DNA of 38,712 nt from Klebsormidium nitens (taxonomy: Eukaryota > Plantae > Klebsormidiophyceae), in assembly GCA_000708835.1 (NCBI GenBank), contig DF237688.1:1-38712 (forward strand), read 5' to 3'. Below, one piece after another: positions 1 to 13,200 of the stretch (its first letter is position 1; every line of letters starts with the position of its first letter). The notes beneath the pieces were generated by a model that ran no database searches, was not told the DNA's origin, and saw only the letters and a program-made list of their open reading frames with translations. Both the position numbers and the translations under genes were made by a program.

Positions 1-225
1 GCGGTTTGCTCTTTTGTGTTCCGAGGTTCAGTCGGCATAACAGCAGCATAAATACAACAGCAATATATGTTGCCACGATAGCCTCGTGCCAGTGCAATAC
101 CCAAAAACTTAGCTTCGAAGGAGGGCCGTAAAGACTTCCCAACCGTTGACCGTCAATTGATAGCGCGTTGCTGCGAAATCGCATCAAACGTATTATATAG
201 GTGTGTTGTACGGGCCCCTACTTTG

Positions 226-3200
226 TCACGTTCCAGCTGCCGCTGCGGTATCCCCATGTTTCCGCCGATCCGCCATCCGCCAGACGCCTGCCAAGACGCT
301 CGCAATCACGGAATGGCATACGCTGGACACGGCGCAGGGGGCGGCCGTCAACGGGTTGGGGAAGTTTTGCGTCGCCAGCACCACTCCTAACACCGAGTTC
401 TGCACAAGAGAGATAGTGGATACAATCAGGTAAAACGACGACGAAGAACCCGCAAACAAGCGTGAGTACTTTCTGCCCAAGTATCACCAGAACCCTTTCC
501 ACCAAGTTCGACCGAGTGCGCCAGAACGGGAGGCTCAATCATGGCCGCTAAAGCACCCGAATGATCCATTGGTATTGTTCCACTCGAACAAGCTACATAT
601 GAGCCCCGGTATGGGCCGCTAACAGGAAGCAAGTCTGTCACGACGATGATAAAGGCCGAGTTCGGGTAGTAAACGCTTGAATATGCTGGTCGCTAAAGCG
701 GAACACAGATTCTGCGCACAGACAAGGCTTTGCCAAACGTTTTGCACACCGGATTCGAAACCCCGCACCCAAGGCGGAAGCAAAACTGTCTTGTCGGCAC
801 CTGCGTCTCAAAACCATCAACCGGGTTGCCAAACCCCGCAAACCGGGACCTCTAACACCCTACACTCAGGCCCGTAACAGCCCTGCTCCGGGTGGTATTC
901 ACCCCCTCACCTGCATCCCGACCTCGATGGAGATGGTCCGTGCCGAGGACTCGTCCAGTCCGAGAAGCTTCGCAAGCGTGTACCCCAAACAGAATCCCCC
1001 GCTGTGCAGCAGAAACACCGCAAGCGCCAGGCTGGCCCCCGAGGCCCAGATCGCGGCCGCGTTGGCTCCGATGGCGCTCCCGCAAATCGCGGCGACCGTG
1101 AAGACGGCGAAGAGGGGCGCCACGTGGCCGATCGCGGCAGTCGCCAGGGGAAAGGCGCGGTTCAGGGCGGCGCCCAAGAGGACCGGGAGCAGAACGACCT
1201 GAGCGGGTTAAGGAAACGGGTTAAGGGCTTCGGTTTCGCTCGGGTTTGAGCCTTTGGTTTGAAGGCTGATTGTGGCCCCCAGAAGAAAGGATGCAGATAG
1301 GGAAACTCACTTGAGGATATTACGCGACTTGTAAGAGTACTCGCGTGACTATTTTGGTACTCTGGCATGAAAGGAACGTAGACGCTTAACCCGTACAATT
1401 TTCCTGGGCAAGAGAGAAGCATGCGAGGACTTGCTACTAGGATTGCGGGACCACCTCTCCTGCCACCTCTCAAAGGGTAAGTCACGAGGGCGAGCGATCC
1501 ATGAAAAGGAACGCTGACCTCTCTCGACAACGTGTGAGCTACGAAGGACGGTTATCGAGCTTTACAAATGAGAAAGCGTCAGGCTTCGAGCAACTCTCAC
1601 ACGAGATCTCTCACGACCTCACAACGTAAGCCTTCTCGCATCGGTCACAACGACCGGCTCCGGGATTTCAGCGGGACACGGCTGTGCCAACGGATCAGGA
1701 GAGCGTTCTAGGCAATTGCACCTGGAGCGTTGATGAGAATAGGCCCCAGGCGTCCACCGCAACTAGGGTCCCCGCCAGCCAGGCCGTCAAGAGGGGCGTC
1801 ATCACCTGAACGGACAAGACGGTCAGAAAGGAAGGGCCAATACACAGATAGTGACCCGTTGTTTCCATTCCACCTATCACAACATTCGCTTTCGAATGTC
1901 GACGAAATTAGGTGCAATTTTCTCAGAGCAGGTTTCAACCAGTGCGTTTCGACTGATGTCGAAACCTGCCCAAAGTATCAGCGTAAGTCCAAATCAAGAA
2001 GTGGACAACCAGACTCGAAAGGTAAAGCTGGTGACAATCTAGGCGACAGCAACTTTTCTGGAACAGCCGGACTCGGTGGTAGTATGACTCACCACGGCAA
2101 GGAAGGTACTTGCTGCCGTCATTAGCACAGAAAGCGCCACGTTACCTCTGTAGAACAGCGCGGGATCAGTCACAAACGCAACTGGTTCGCTTCTTTGCTT
2201 GAGATACTGACGCTTAAGGACTCGCCAAGTCTGGGCAAGGCCTTGAGAGGGACGCTGCTTGAAGCCCATTACTTCAAGTCAGGAAGCAAGCTTAAGTTTA
2301 GCTGGAACCGAACAAAACAAGAGCAGAAGTTGGGGCCCAGCTCACTGTGCAAGGAAGGTGACGATGTTGCTTGCCGTACCTGCAGGACGGGTCGTAGTAA
2401 CGCATGCAAACGGCTGGACTAATGAAGGGTGCTGGACACAACTAAGTCAATAGAACTCTAGCTTCAGACTAAGTCAAGGAGCCTCTCCCCAACAGGATAC
2501 CGTCCAGCTTTGGAGTCTTGATTAAAACTAGGAGAAAGGAACGCTCGGATAGGCACAGGTGCCCCGAAACTCAGAGTTTGCTTCAGATTGCAGCAGGAGC
2601 TGTTTTGGAGGCTCACCTCCGGGGCAGCACGCAACAAGGATGATCCCCACAGCGAAATGATGGGGGAGGCCTAAGAAATGGGCGATCAGATAGCCCAGGG
2701 CGGGCATCACCTGGACACAAGGGAATGTTTCAGGGACAGACCCGATCGTGCTCGGTCCTCTGACTTCACCGTCCTCAGAACCTGAGGAGCAAACGAAGAC
2801 ATGAGCAGTGCGTCCATTGATCAGTTTACATCGCTTTCTTAGATGTTTGAAGTACCGGCGACACGAGGAACATGACCAGCTTGTTGCAAAGAGGTGAATA
2901 AAAAGCAGGGAGGCAGTCTCACAGTATATTGCAGCGCCACGCCCGCAAGAAAGCTCTTGGGGATGCGGAGCGCCAGCTTGAAGTCGTCGAAAGAGAGAGT
3001 GGTGCCCATGCCCAGCATGGTCAGGCCTAGCGCCCAAATGGTCAGCTGGCCCTGCAGGGGGAGAAGTATCAATCTAGTTCTGGTTAGTAGCTGGAAAGAT
3101 ACAGATATTCACAGGATAGATGGAACAGGAAGCCGCCATACAAATTCAACTGCGGTTTTCAGGAAACTTGAGGTGACCAACTTATTGGCTTGGAAGTGAT

Positions 3201-3934
3201 GCTGCGATGGGGTGCCTCCATTGATGTTCTGTGCAAAGACTGAAAGAACAATCATTTCTGAGAGGCCTGTAGCGACACCAACATGGCTTGAGCACCACCA
3301 AATGTGCCAAAGTTGTGGGTCCCTGCCCACCCGCCCTCACGCAAGTTTCGTCAGAGAATCCTTTGCAGTTTGACATGTCATGCCCACAGACGGCCCAATC
3401 AGTAACGGAGTGTTGATGGGGTAGGTGTGCCGGTGCAAATCGAGATCGTTTGGAACTGGCTTCACATGGAGCTTATCTGCTTACCTGGATCCATGTGAAT
3501 AGTGTGGGCCGGTAGAGGGCCAACGCGCAACTCAGCGCCACCCAAACGGGGAAAGCGTTCGTCAACACACTGCTGATGCGAGCAAACGATGAAGACTGAC
3601 TCGCAGCCCCTTGTTCGCTGGTATCCGAGCTCTCAAATGAAGCTGCCTGAGCCCTTGTGGGCCTCGTTCGCTGGCCCTTCCTAGAGCATATACCCTTCCG
3701 AAATTGAGCCCATCGTTGCGAATGCTGGGGGGTGCTCAATAGACGCCTCTCCTCAAGCTTGTAGTTACAACATCTGGAACCTTTATTACATACATGTGAA
3801 GAAGGGCGTGTCACATTTATGCAACCAGAGGATACGGGCACGTCGTTCCGCCACTGCCTTGCGGAGGACGCTTGTTGCACCTGGACCAATTGCAGGCCGG
3901 CAGCGCCAGCTCTCTGAGCTGCGACCACCACCAT
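226..3934 (-). CDS. BASS1: Bile acid:sodium symporter family protein, chloroplastic (BASS1-like), 8 exons, ~435 aa
   Basis: Exons read manually: 3485-3934, 2923-3051, 2617-2710, 2346-2379, 2093-2147, 1722-1805, 911-1198, 226-399. All GT-AG; total 1308 nt in frame. Has an N-terminal transit-like region and SBF motifs MLGMG, CCPGGTASNIVT, GNVALSVLMT, TISIEVGMQNSVLGVVLA, PCAVSSVCHS, recalled as closest to plant BASS1. Confidence 0.93.
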
Positions 3935-4285
3935 CGTTGAAGAATGAACGAAGCACAAGCTGTTGCAGTCAGGCCCCTGTGTCTGGTCTTGTCTCCTGCT
4001 GAGGGGATCTAGTGCCCCACAGATGGCCTCTCAGCAAATGCAATGCTGCACATGCTCTCCACTACTGTAGCCGTTCGAACTCAGGTCACTCTGGTTCAGA
4101 CTCGAACTTTGAAGGTGGCCAGCTGGGCCTCAATCCGGAGTTCTATACTTCAACTTGAAGCTTTAAGTTTGTGTGTGTGTGTCCAAGACTGTCCTCATGA
4201 CACTGCAGCACCTGAGCTTGGAAGAACGCCTCTTCAATCAGATCCTAATAAGCAGGGGCTGATTGGGAGTAGAGACGGCTGAGGA
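3935..4285. promoter_or_regulatory. Probable bidirectional promoter (351 bp between the BASS1 and DLD start codons)
   Basis: Divergent ATGs at 3934 (-) and 4286 (+). Both 5' UTRs and promoters must fit in 351 bp. Contains (GT)6 at 4171-4182. Confidence 0.55.
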
Positions 4286-7200
4286 ATGGCTCCCTCCTTG
4301 GGCAAGGCAATTGGGCACATTCTAGGACGCATCAACACTCAGCGCTGTGCTTGCGGGTCTGTGAAGAGCACCCTCAGGTTTATCAGCCTCCCAGCGGATG
4401 CTGCCCCTCTAGCGGCAGCCACACGCCTTTTCTCGGGCCATACCAATCACAGCATTGAACCCTCACAACAGCTTTTTAATAGAGGGGCCGCGCAGCTTTT
4501 GCTTGCATCAGAAGCACAGCCCAACGGTTCAGCTGAGACCCGTAGGAGCTGGTTTGGCTCGGTGGCCCTTCTCGGATTGTTGAGCAGCTACGCCATACAA
4601 TACGGGGGCAATGCTGCATGGGCGGAAGAACAGGAGTATGCGGAGCGGCGAGAAGAGGAGGGGGCCAGCTACGGGACTTTCTCTGAAGCGCTGCACAGAA
4701 AGTTGGTGGAGATTGTTGGGGTGAGTAAAGTTATGGCTCTGTTCTTTGCTTGACATTGAAAGTCTCCAGGAACTGTGTTGTGGATCATGGAATTTACTTC
4801 AGTTGCAAAGTCATGGACATTCTTCGAAAGGCAGGTTCAAGGATACCACCACTGAGAACCAGCCGAAACTGGTTCAGTTTAGAAGGGCCAAGCTCACGCC
4901 TGTAGATCGATGGTGGTGCTAAGTGTTGCAGTTCATAAGAGAAGATGGGCACATTCTTCCATCAACTTCCGTTGGTTGCATACCTTTGGAACGTGTAAAG
5001 AAGACACTCTCTCAATCACCTGAGTGTGCTAGGAGTCCTTCTGGTTTGCAACTGAAGTAGTTGTAGCTTGGAAGGTGCATGGGGCAAAAGCTGCGGTGTT
5101 TCTGCGATTGCCTCTGCGCACTCAAGCTGGAACAGACTTAGATATGGGGCGACAGTTACTGGATTGACCAACGGACGATCAGTCTCTAGGTCGCGCCTGG
5201 ACAAACAGGCATAAAGAACCTCTATCTTGAGTAACAGAAGTTGGTAGTGACAAAGCCCCCAAACCGCTGATGCTGATCTTCTGTCTTTCATGAAGTTCCA
5301 CCTTAACATGGGACCTTCGAAGATAGTCAGTTCACAAAGCAAGATAATCTCAAGATGATCAAAGTCGAAGGAAGCTCCTGTCTGCAGGAAGACAACGTGG
5401 AGACAGACCTGGAGGAGAGGAAGACGCGGGGCAAGCCATGGAACACATACCACGTGTTGAAGGGCTTTCCAGACGCGGTTGTTTTCCCGCAGTGAGTGAC
5501 CTGCAGTCTGGTCTTCTGCTGAAAACAGCGACTTATGGAAAGCCCAGTTGCACACGAAGACATGTGAATAAACGACATCGTGTTGCTAAGGTCATGAAGT
5601 TGTACAGTTGAGATGGGGCTTGAGAGCTGTCTTCTGTGATGGTAAATGCAGCACAACCAGGCGGCACACCCTGTACGTGCAATTCGAGTCTTGCACGGAG
5701 CTGTCCAAAAGGCTGCAAGGACTTGATATAATTTTCCAGATCTTTCGTTTGCTCGCGTGGGATGGATGCTGTAGGCAATCTTTATCTTGGGGTCTGTAGG
5801 CTGTGTTTGTGTCAAGTTTTCTTGGCTGAGTTGGTGTAGTGTTCTTTAGTCGTGTCTGGCCCTCTTACATGCAAGATACCGACCAAGGTCTTCTGCCTTG
5901 TGTACCTAACAGGTCCACTGAAGAGGTGTCCCAAATTGTCAAAGCCTGCGCCGCTGAAAAGGTCCCGCTTGTGCCGTTTGGCGGCGGAACGTCGCTCGAA
6001 GGCCACACCATGACTCCTCATAAAGGAGTCAGCTTAGACTTTTCCAAAATGAAGGTGAGCAGCATTGGGGCGCCGCTTCCCTTTACGACGGTGTCTATGG
6101 GTGAGGAACACCACGATTTGACCGCCGTCAAACAGGAAAAATCGCTCTCCAGATGCTTACTTCCTTACGATGTGTGATCCCTTTTGCATTCATGGAAAGA
6201 TATAAGATCGAGTGTTCTTCATTGACGAATCAATGAAGATTCTTCTGAATCCAGGGGATCAAGCAACTGAACACCCGCGACATGGACGTCATTGTCGAGC
6301 CGGGCATTGGGTGGGTTGAGCTGAACGAGTACCTGAAGCCGCTCGGCTTCTTCTTCCCACTCGATCCCGGCCCCGGGGCTTCTATTGGCGGCATGTGCGC
6401 CACCCGTTGTTCAGGATCACTGGCCGTTAGGTGGGCACCTGGGCTTCAGCAAGTTTTGGGTCAAAGATCAATGTTATTGCTGTTGGTTCGCTGTAGTCTG
6501 AGGTGGACTGGGCCATGAGGCCGCCCTGTATCATAGGGACCTTGCAGACACACAAGGCTTAACCTATTAGGAGTGGGAATTCCGGGAATTCCTGCTTCAA
6601 CCTCGCTTGTTTGCGAAAGTCGTGGTTGGTTCTAGTCTTGATCGCGCCACTACAGCAGCCGTTGCAGATTTTGCATTTACTTCGACAAGGTGCTGATCCT
6701 TGTTCCCAATACAATTTTCCCGCCTCAGAGGTGGTTCATGCTTGGCCACTCATGCACAGAGTCAGCTGCAAGGACATACTTCCGCAAGGCTTCCTTGTCT
6801 GTAAAGGTTTCCGCAATTATACCTTCAGATGAAAGGTATTTCAGCGCATCAGCATCTCGTGGCGCAGGTATGGTACAATGCGGGACAACGTCATCTCCAT
6901 GAAAGCAGTGTTGGCCAACGGTGACGTCGTCAAAACGTCAGCCAGGAGTCGAAAGAGCGCCGCAGGGTGGGCTCCTAGACCTTTTCACTGCCCTGAGGGA
7001 AAGGCTCGACCTGAGCAGAGTATGGTGCTCCTTCAGCATGGTCTAAGCTACCATGAAACAAGAGTTATTTCTTCAATCGTCAGAGACGACGGAAGAGCCC
7101 GGCCGCTGGTACTTCTGGTTTGCACCACCCCGGTTTGATGCACCGGCCATGAGGTGTCACTGATTTGTTAGTGGCGGTCACGACCACCGACTTGTTTGGA

Positions 7201-10200
7201 AGTATTCGGATAAGAGCGACACGCCCTTTGGTGACCCCGTTATTCGCCACATGTATGCTCTTTCGTCTTGAATTTTTCATCAGCTTGGAATTTGTCAACT
7301 GACTGTTAGAGCGCAATCGTCAGCTTCTTGACTCAGCAATGACAATTTCTCGTTCTGGGCTTTGATACAAGCTCAGTTGTGTTATGGTGTGGAGCTACTC
7401 GCTTCCGGCTGTCCTCTGGTCTGGCTGTACGGACGTGTTCAAACACAACCCGCAATGTGCATAACATTGACATTCAAAAAATCTTGCCGACCTCTCATTC
7501 TTGGTTGCAATAGTGCGGATTTCGTTTCTTGAACATGCTCAGAGAAAGCCTCAGTATTGAAAAACTTTTCTCCGATTGGAGCGTCTCCCTGTCGTTTTGT
7601 CCATTCAAGGCAAGACTAATGTGAATGCAAGCTGCGTTCGGTTTCAAAAATAATCATGTCCCAACCTTGTCAGCGTCTGCCTTTTATGGCTTGCGGTGTG
7701 CAGTTGCGATCGCCGTAGCTCGAGCTGCTGACTTTGTACTTTTCTTGAGGAAAGGAATTCTGCATTCATCAAAACAGCAGTGGCTCCTGTAGGGATGGAC
7801 GACTTCTTCTCTAAGAAGTGGTACATACTTCCTCAATGGTGAAGATAGATCGGACCCCCCGTGGCAATGATGAACCTGGCTATTGAGTTCAGCCGAAGCT
7901 CAGAGCTTCTCTATTTCTTCCAAAGCCCCTCGTACATCGTTCTTTCCTGTGTTGCTTGTGATAGAGTTGCCCGGCTTGAGAGCCAACAAAATTACGAGGC
8001 CTCCGAAAGCCTCTTGCCTTTGCGCAAGTGATTGAGACGGAAGAGAACCTGGTTCTCCTGTTTACAGTGTTGAAGTCTTAGCGACAGACAACGAGGATCG
8101 GCTTCCATTTCCCTTGTTTTTTCTTGCCCGTTCAATGACGCTGACATGTCTTTCATGTTGCTTGCTGCACTCTACCTCATCCGCGTCCTCGGCCGCAGGA
8201 GCAGGCCGAGTTCGTAGAAGCTTGCGATGATGCAATTGGAGTGAGATCGGAAATACAGAAAACTCTTTCCACGTATTTGGGTTCACGCTTATGCACAGTT
8301 TGGGCGACTGGGCAGACGATCTTTGCACTCTTTGTCCGGAGCCAATTTGTGCCTTTTTCGTACTGTCCGGTAGCTGAAAGGCGTCAAAAAGCAGCGCTCT
8401 GCAGTCTGCTGGACGGAGAGCTTTGTCGGTATTGTCTTCTTCAGTCGGAGAGTCATTGGTTCTCGCTCTCTCTTTTTGACCGCCGATAAGCGTTTTAATT
8501 GGGCGGAATGCTGCGCGATACTGGTCGTGTCTGATAAAGTATTTGCAAGGCTTGACCCGCATCAGCTCGTTGCAGCGAGTGTCCAACTTGTAAAGAAGGC
8601 ACTTGAGCCCTTGGTCTGGTTTGCAGGCAGCCAGGCGGAGTCCGAAGAAGCATTTTACTCTTTGTAAGCATTGCTCCAAAAGTGATCAGCTGGCATGACA
8701 AGAACAAGTGTTTTGCTGCTGCTTCCACGTTTGAAGTCGGCACCTGAATAACGGCAATGACGAAGTTCGCTTTGGGCTCCAACCCTGGGGCTCACAAAAG
8801 CTCGACAAGAAAGCCATACCGTGCTGTCCTGCTAAGCCTAACGAAATCAGACGCGGGACTACTAACAACGATGATTGCAGGTGGCTTTTAGCATTGTTCA
8901 CTCTGTCAAGGACCTTGTTTGCAGCCGTCTTGGGTTCGGTCGGTCTGTCTCTAATTTCGGTCTTACGTATCGCATTCTCCCATCGCACTTGACCGTTCGT
9001 CCAAGGCGGCTTTTTCTCCTTGTCAGATGGCCCTGGTGAGCAGTCCTCCGTCTTTCATAAGAAAGTGCAAAAGGGAAGGGTTTTTGAGACTCTGCTCGCT
9101 TCAGTGGCCATGATGATTTTGTCTCGGGCTTCGTACTGAAGCTCATTGTGGTGGAAACGAGACGACGAAGTCCAAAATTGAGTTCCCTGAGGCCATCAAT
9201 CCCTGCATCGTCTTGCAAACTAATTCCTGACGACACTTGCAGCCAAAGCGGATCTTCCCCAGACAGCGTCGTTAGGCTGGCACTGTTTGAGAACTATCTG
9301 GTCGTCTTCGCGTCAGACTTTCAAGTTGCTGGTGCCAGGTGCCTGCTATTTAGGAGGATGTTAACGCTTTAAGGTCTCATTGTGACAAGGAAAAGGCGCA
9401 CGCTTTCACGAGTGAGGCGTACAGGAGAAACGGCATGCTTGAAGTTTGGGGAATGCGATCTGGAATGGTCTGTTTCGCAGTAATGGCAATAGTTGCGAAG
9501 TTACGCTCTGGCTTTCTTCCCTGCGTTTATTGCAGTAAAAACAGAGCCGCATACTTGTTCTCCGCTTCTTTCAGTTCGCTTTTGCAAGACCGAACCAGGC
9601 TTGTGAGGGCATTCTCGACTAACTGCCTCAGTTGACTGCTTAATGTATCGAACCCTAGCCTTTGTTGCTTCTGCCTCTGAACTCTGCCTTTCTTTCCATG
9701 TGCTTCTGACACAGAGGTGACTACGTCGCCAACAGGTGACGAGCTTTGCCCCATGCCTCGTAAATATGTGACCGATAAAGTGAAATCAAACCTGGCTCTT
9801 CAGTTTACCCCTGTCACCTCAGATTCGAACGCCGGGGTCTAATGATCGGAAGAGCTGCCCAATCGTCTTCGCCTCTGTCGGACGGAACGACTTCCGCTGT
9901 CTTTCTTAGTGAAAACTGCTTTGGGCTTCAGGCTGAAGCTCAGTGAAGCAGGGAAACCACTCGAACCTCTCATGCCAATGACGCCTTTGATCGACCCGTG
10001 GGTTTCAAAAACGTCTTTAGGCCCGCTCGGACGTACCGCTGGGCACAGAGGAGGGTCCGGAATCGGTCTGGGTGTTGCAGAAAATTTATGTGGAAAGCGT
10101 TGGACGTATGCAGTGGAGATTGGCTGGAGCGCCATTTGTACCATACGTTGAGCCGATGACCTAGCTTCGCCTGGCGTCACACCGGCCAGTAACGGCGGAT

Positions 10201-13200
10201 GGCATAGGAGGCCCGCGTATGGTTGATCGACGTCCTAAGACGAGACGCAGTCATGTTTGCTTAATCTCGCAGGGTTGCTCGTGAGTTTGACAGCCAAGCA
10301 CTCTGATTTTCCGAGCCTCTTGGGAGTTTCCGCATTCGCTCCCTTTTGCGGAGATCCAGAGTGATGCTACCTGTCTGCCGGAAAGTGGCCCAGGTTTGAT
10401 ATGCTCACCTCCGAGGTGATTGAGAGAACATCCATCCACTTCACAAGTTCAACAACATACGACATTGACGACGACGTCCGTTGTAAAGGCTGTGCAGAGA
10501 GACAAAACACGGGGTGCTATGCGACGGCTGTGGCCCCGTTTCCGCCAAATGACCCGTTGCGTCATGTTTGTATCGCAGGTACGACTTGACGCGGTTGATC
10601 ATTGGCAGCGAAGGGACTCTAGCGGTCATTACCGAGGTCACTCTGCGTCTTCAAAGGATACCAGAAGCGACAGCGGTGAGCGCCTACTTAGATTCATTCG
10701 AAAGAGCCAGTTGATTTCAGTTCGACTTTTCAGATGATCCAATTTGAACCTTGTACCATGCCAAACCATCGCTCCTTTTGTCTGTATGGCCTTTGCCATA
10801 CATGCTTCGTTCGAGTGCTTGTTTGGACAAGAAGCTACCGTCCTTTGAATTGCAGTCGAACGTCTCTAGGTTCCAGTTGAAGTGAATCTGGATCCTCCTA
10901 TTCGCTTACGTAGGAGATGACCGCCCTTCGTCAGCACTTTCCTACTGTGAAAAGTGTTGTTTACTCCATAGTCACGCAAGAAGTCGTCCAGTAGCGAATT
11001 GAGCACGAAGCATGCCAGCTTTGCCCGAGGCGATCATAAACTGGGTAGACGAAGAGGTAGTTGATTTTCGTTGGTTCCGCTGACATATCGCTCTTGCGCA
11101 GGTCGCCATGTGTACCTTTCCAACGATCAAAGACGCGGCCGACGCCTCCATCGCGGCCATGCACTCGGGAATCCAGGTGATCCTCACAGTGCAAAAAGTA
11201 TCGGCTGAAAGTCGTCGCTCGCCTCGGATGAATGGCCATCCGAAAAAGCCAGCCGCGGCTACATTGTCAAGACTCAAGCAATGAGATAAGCTCAAAGTCT
11301 TTTGGGCTAGCTGAATAGATACCCAGATCAGGCCCAGAAGGTCCTCGTTTCCAGTGGACCATTTGAACGGCGATGCTTTCAGCACTTGAGGGTGTGGACA
11401 CATACAGATATTGAAAGCACATACGCGGGGAACCGGTCCCCATCCTTGTTGGACTATTGGTGACCGATCCTCATTTCCTTTCTGCCAGGTGTCGCGCGTG
11501 GAGATGCTGGACGAGGTCATGATGAGGGGCATTAATGAGGCGACGGGCCGGACGCTCCCCGAGAAGCCGACGCTCATGTTCGAGTTTGTCGGCTCTCGTG
11601 CGTTTGCCATCTGAATATTCAAAAGGATCCTGTTTTTCGCTTTCTGTTGGTAACTTAGTTCTTGATGTTATCGGAGTCGACCATGTTCTTGTTTCTGCTC
11701 CCCCTCCAAGGTTAATGAAATCCAAGAAAAAGGTTGTCCTGTTTCAAAAGGGGGCCAACGAAGAAACGCACTTGCTGACTCTACCGAACCAAACGGGTAA
11801 TGATCTTACTGGTGCAAGTCGGAACATTGGTTCAAAGCCCTCCCCTAAACTGCAGATGGGGCGGATGAAAAACAGAGTTGCCGTAATGGCCCAGTCTATC
11901 GCGCAACGAACTAGATTGACGATTTTCGGACTCATACGGACGGTTGAAGATGAATGGTCCTGTGGAATGGCCTCAAGCAACTCGGAGGTAACTTCTCAAC
12001 CTTACCAGTAGACGTCGCCCGGTAAATCGTCAACCTCTTACCATCTTCCAGGATATAACATTTTGGCATATTAGATCAGCCCAACCCTCAGAGCTTCTAA
12101 AACCTCGTTTCTTGTCACGTTGCAGAGGCGTCTGTAATAGAGCAGGCTCAGCGCGTAGAAAAGCTGTCCAAGGGTTGTCGAGGGAGCGACTTCGTCTACA
12201 CGCAAGATGCGGACGAGAAAGAGGAGCTGTGGCGCGTCCGAAAGGAGGCGTTCTGGTCCACGTTCACACTGCGGCCGGGGGCAGAGGCCATGGTCACGGT
12301 GAGAATACTCTGCGGTTTTGGATAACCTGTTCTGATTCCAGACCGAGCGATGGCAAGCCTGGACACCTGATCTAGCCGTGAATACCCTTCAATTAGTTCG
12401 AGCGGTTCGGGCAGTGAGCAGACTTTCCGGACGGGGTAGACAGCCTTCGAGGAAGTAGAAACCGCTCAGGGTCCGTTAAGCGCCACCTGCTTAGATGCAA
12501 ACGTACTTCCCGAAGCGCCTTGGGATTCACTCTGTCGTGAAGTTCTCAATTGTGCTGTTGTAGAATGGATTTACTCTTTCGCTTCTCTGCTGAGGGAATC
12601 TTTGTTTAAAAAATATCCTCGTCTCTGTGCCAGGACGTGTGCGTTCCGCTTTCGAAGCTCGCGGACAGCATCGCCGAAACGAAGGTGGAGTTGGAGGCGT
12701 CGTCACTTGTCTGGTAAGCGACCCCTGCTTGGGTTTTTGCAACCTGTCAGTTCGCGATTCACTTGATGTCAAACTGGGCCTCTAGCTAGGCGGTCTCGGG
12801 CTATCCTAAAATCTGTGTCGGATTCCAGGAGGAAGTTGCTGCTTGTGCTTTTGTGCTTTATTCAATGCCCGCTTCATGCACTGTCCGAGGCCCCTCTTGC
12901 CACACCCCTTAGCGTCTCCGACAGCGCAGTGTCCTGCTTAGCCCCACACGCTTTTCTGTCGTTCAGCAGTGTCTTGCACTTTCGTGGTCTCTCGCATTCG
13001 TGCCGCTCGCGCCTCGTCAGCAGTTCGTTGACGCGCTTTTCCCATGATGTCAACGTACGACAGCGCGTTGCTGCCCCCTGCAGTCCTATCTTGTCGCACG
13101 CGGGTGACGGCAACTACCACGTCATTATTTTGTTCGACCCCGCGGACCCGCGCGAGGTGGCGGAGGCCAACCAGCTGGCCAAGGACATGGTGCACCGGGC

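Noticed and set aside
426-641. 71-aa minus-strand ORF MTDLLPVSGPYRG...
   Set aside because: Lies inside BASS1 intron 7; the BASS1 model is complete without it.
5016-5815. Minus-strand ORFs of 179 and 162 aa
   Set aside because: They overlap DLD exon 2 and normal-sized introns; no motifs.
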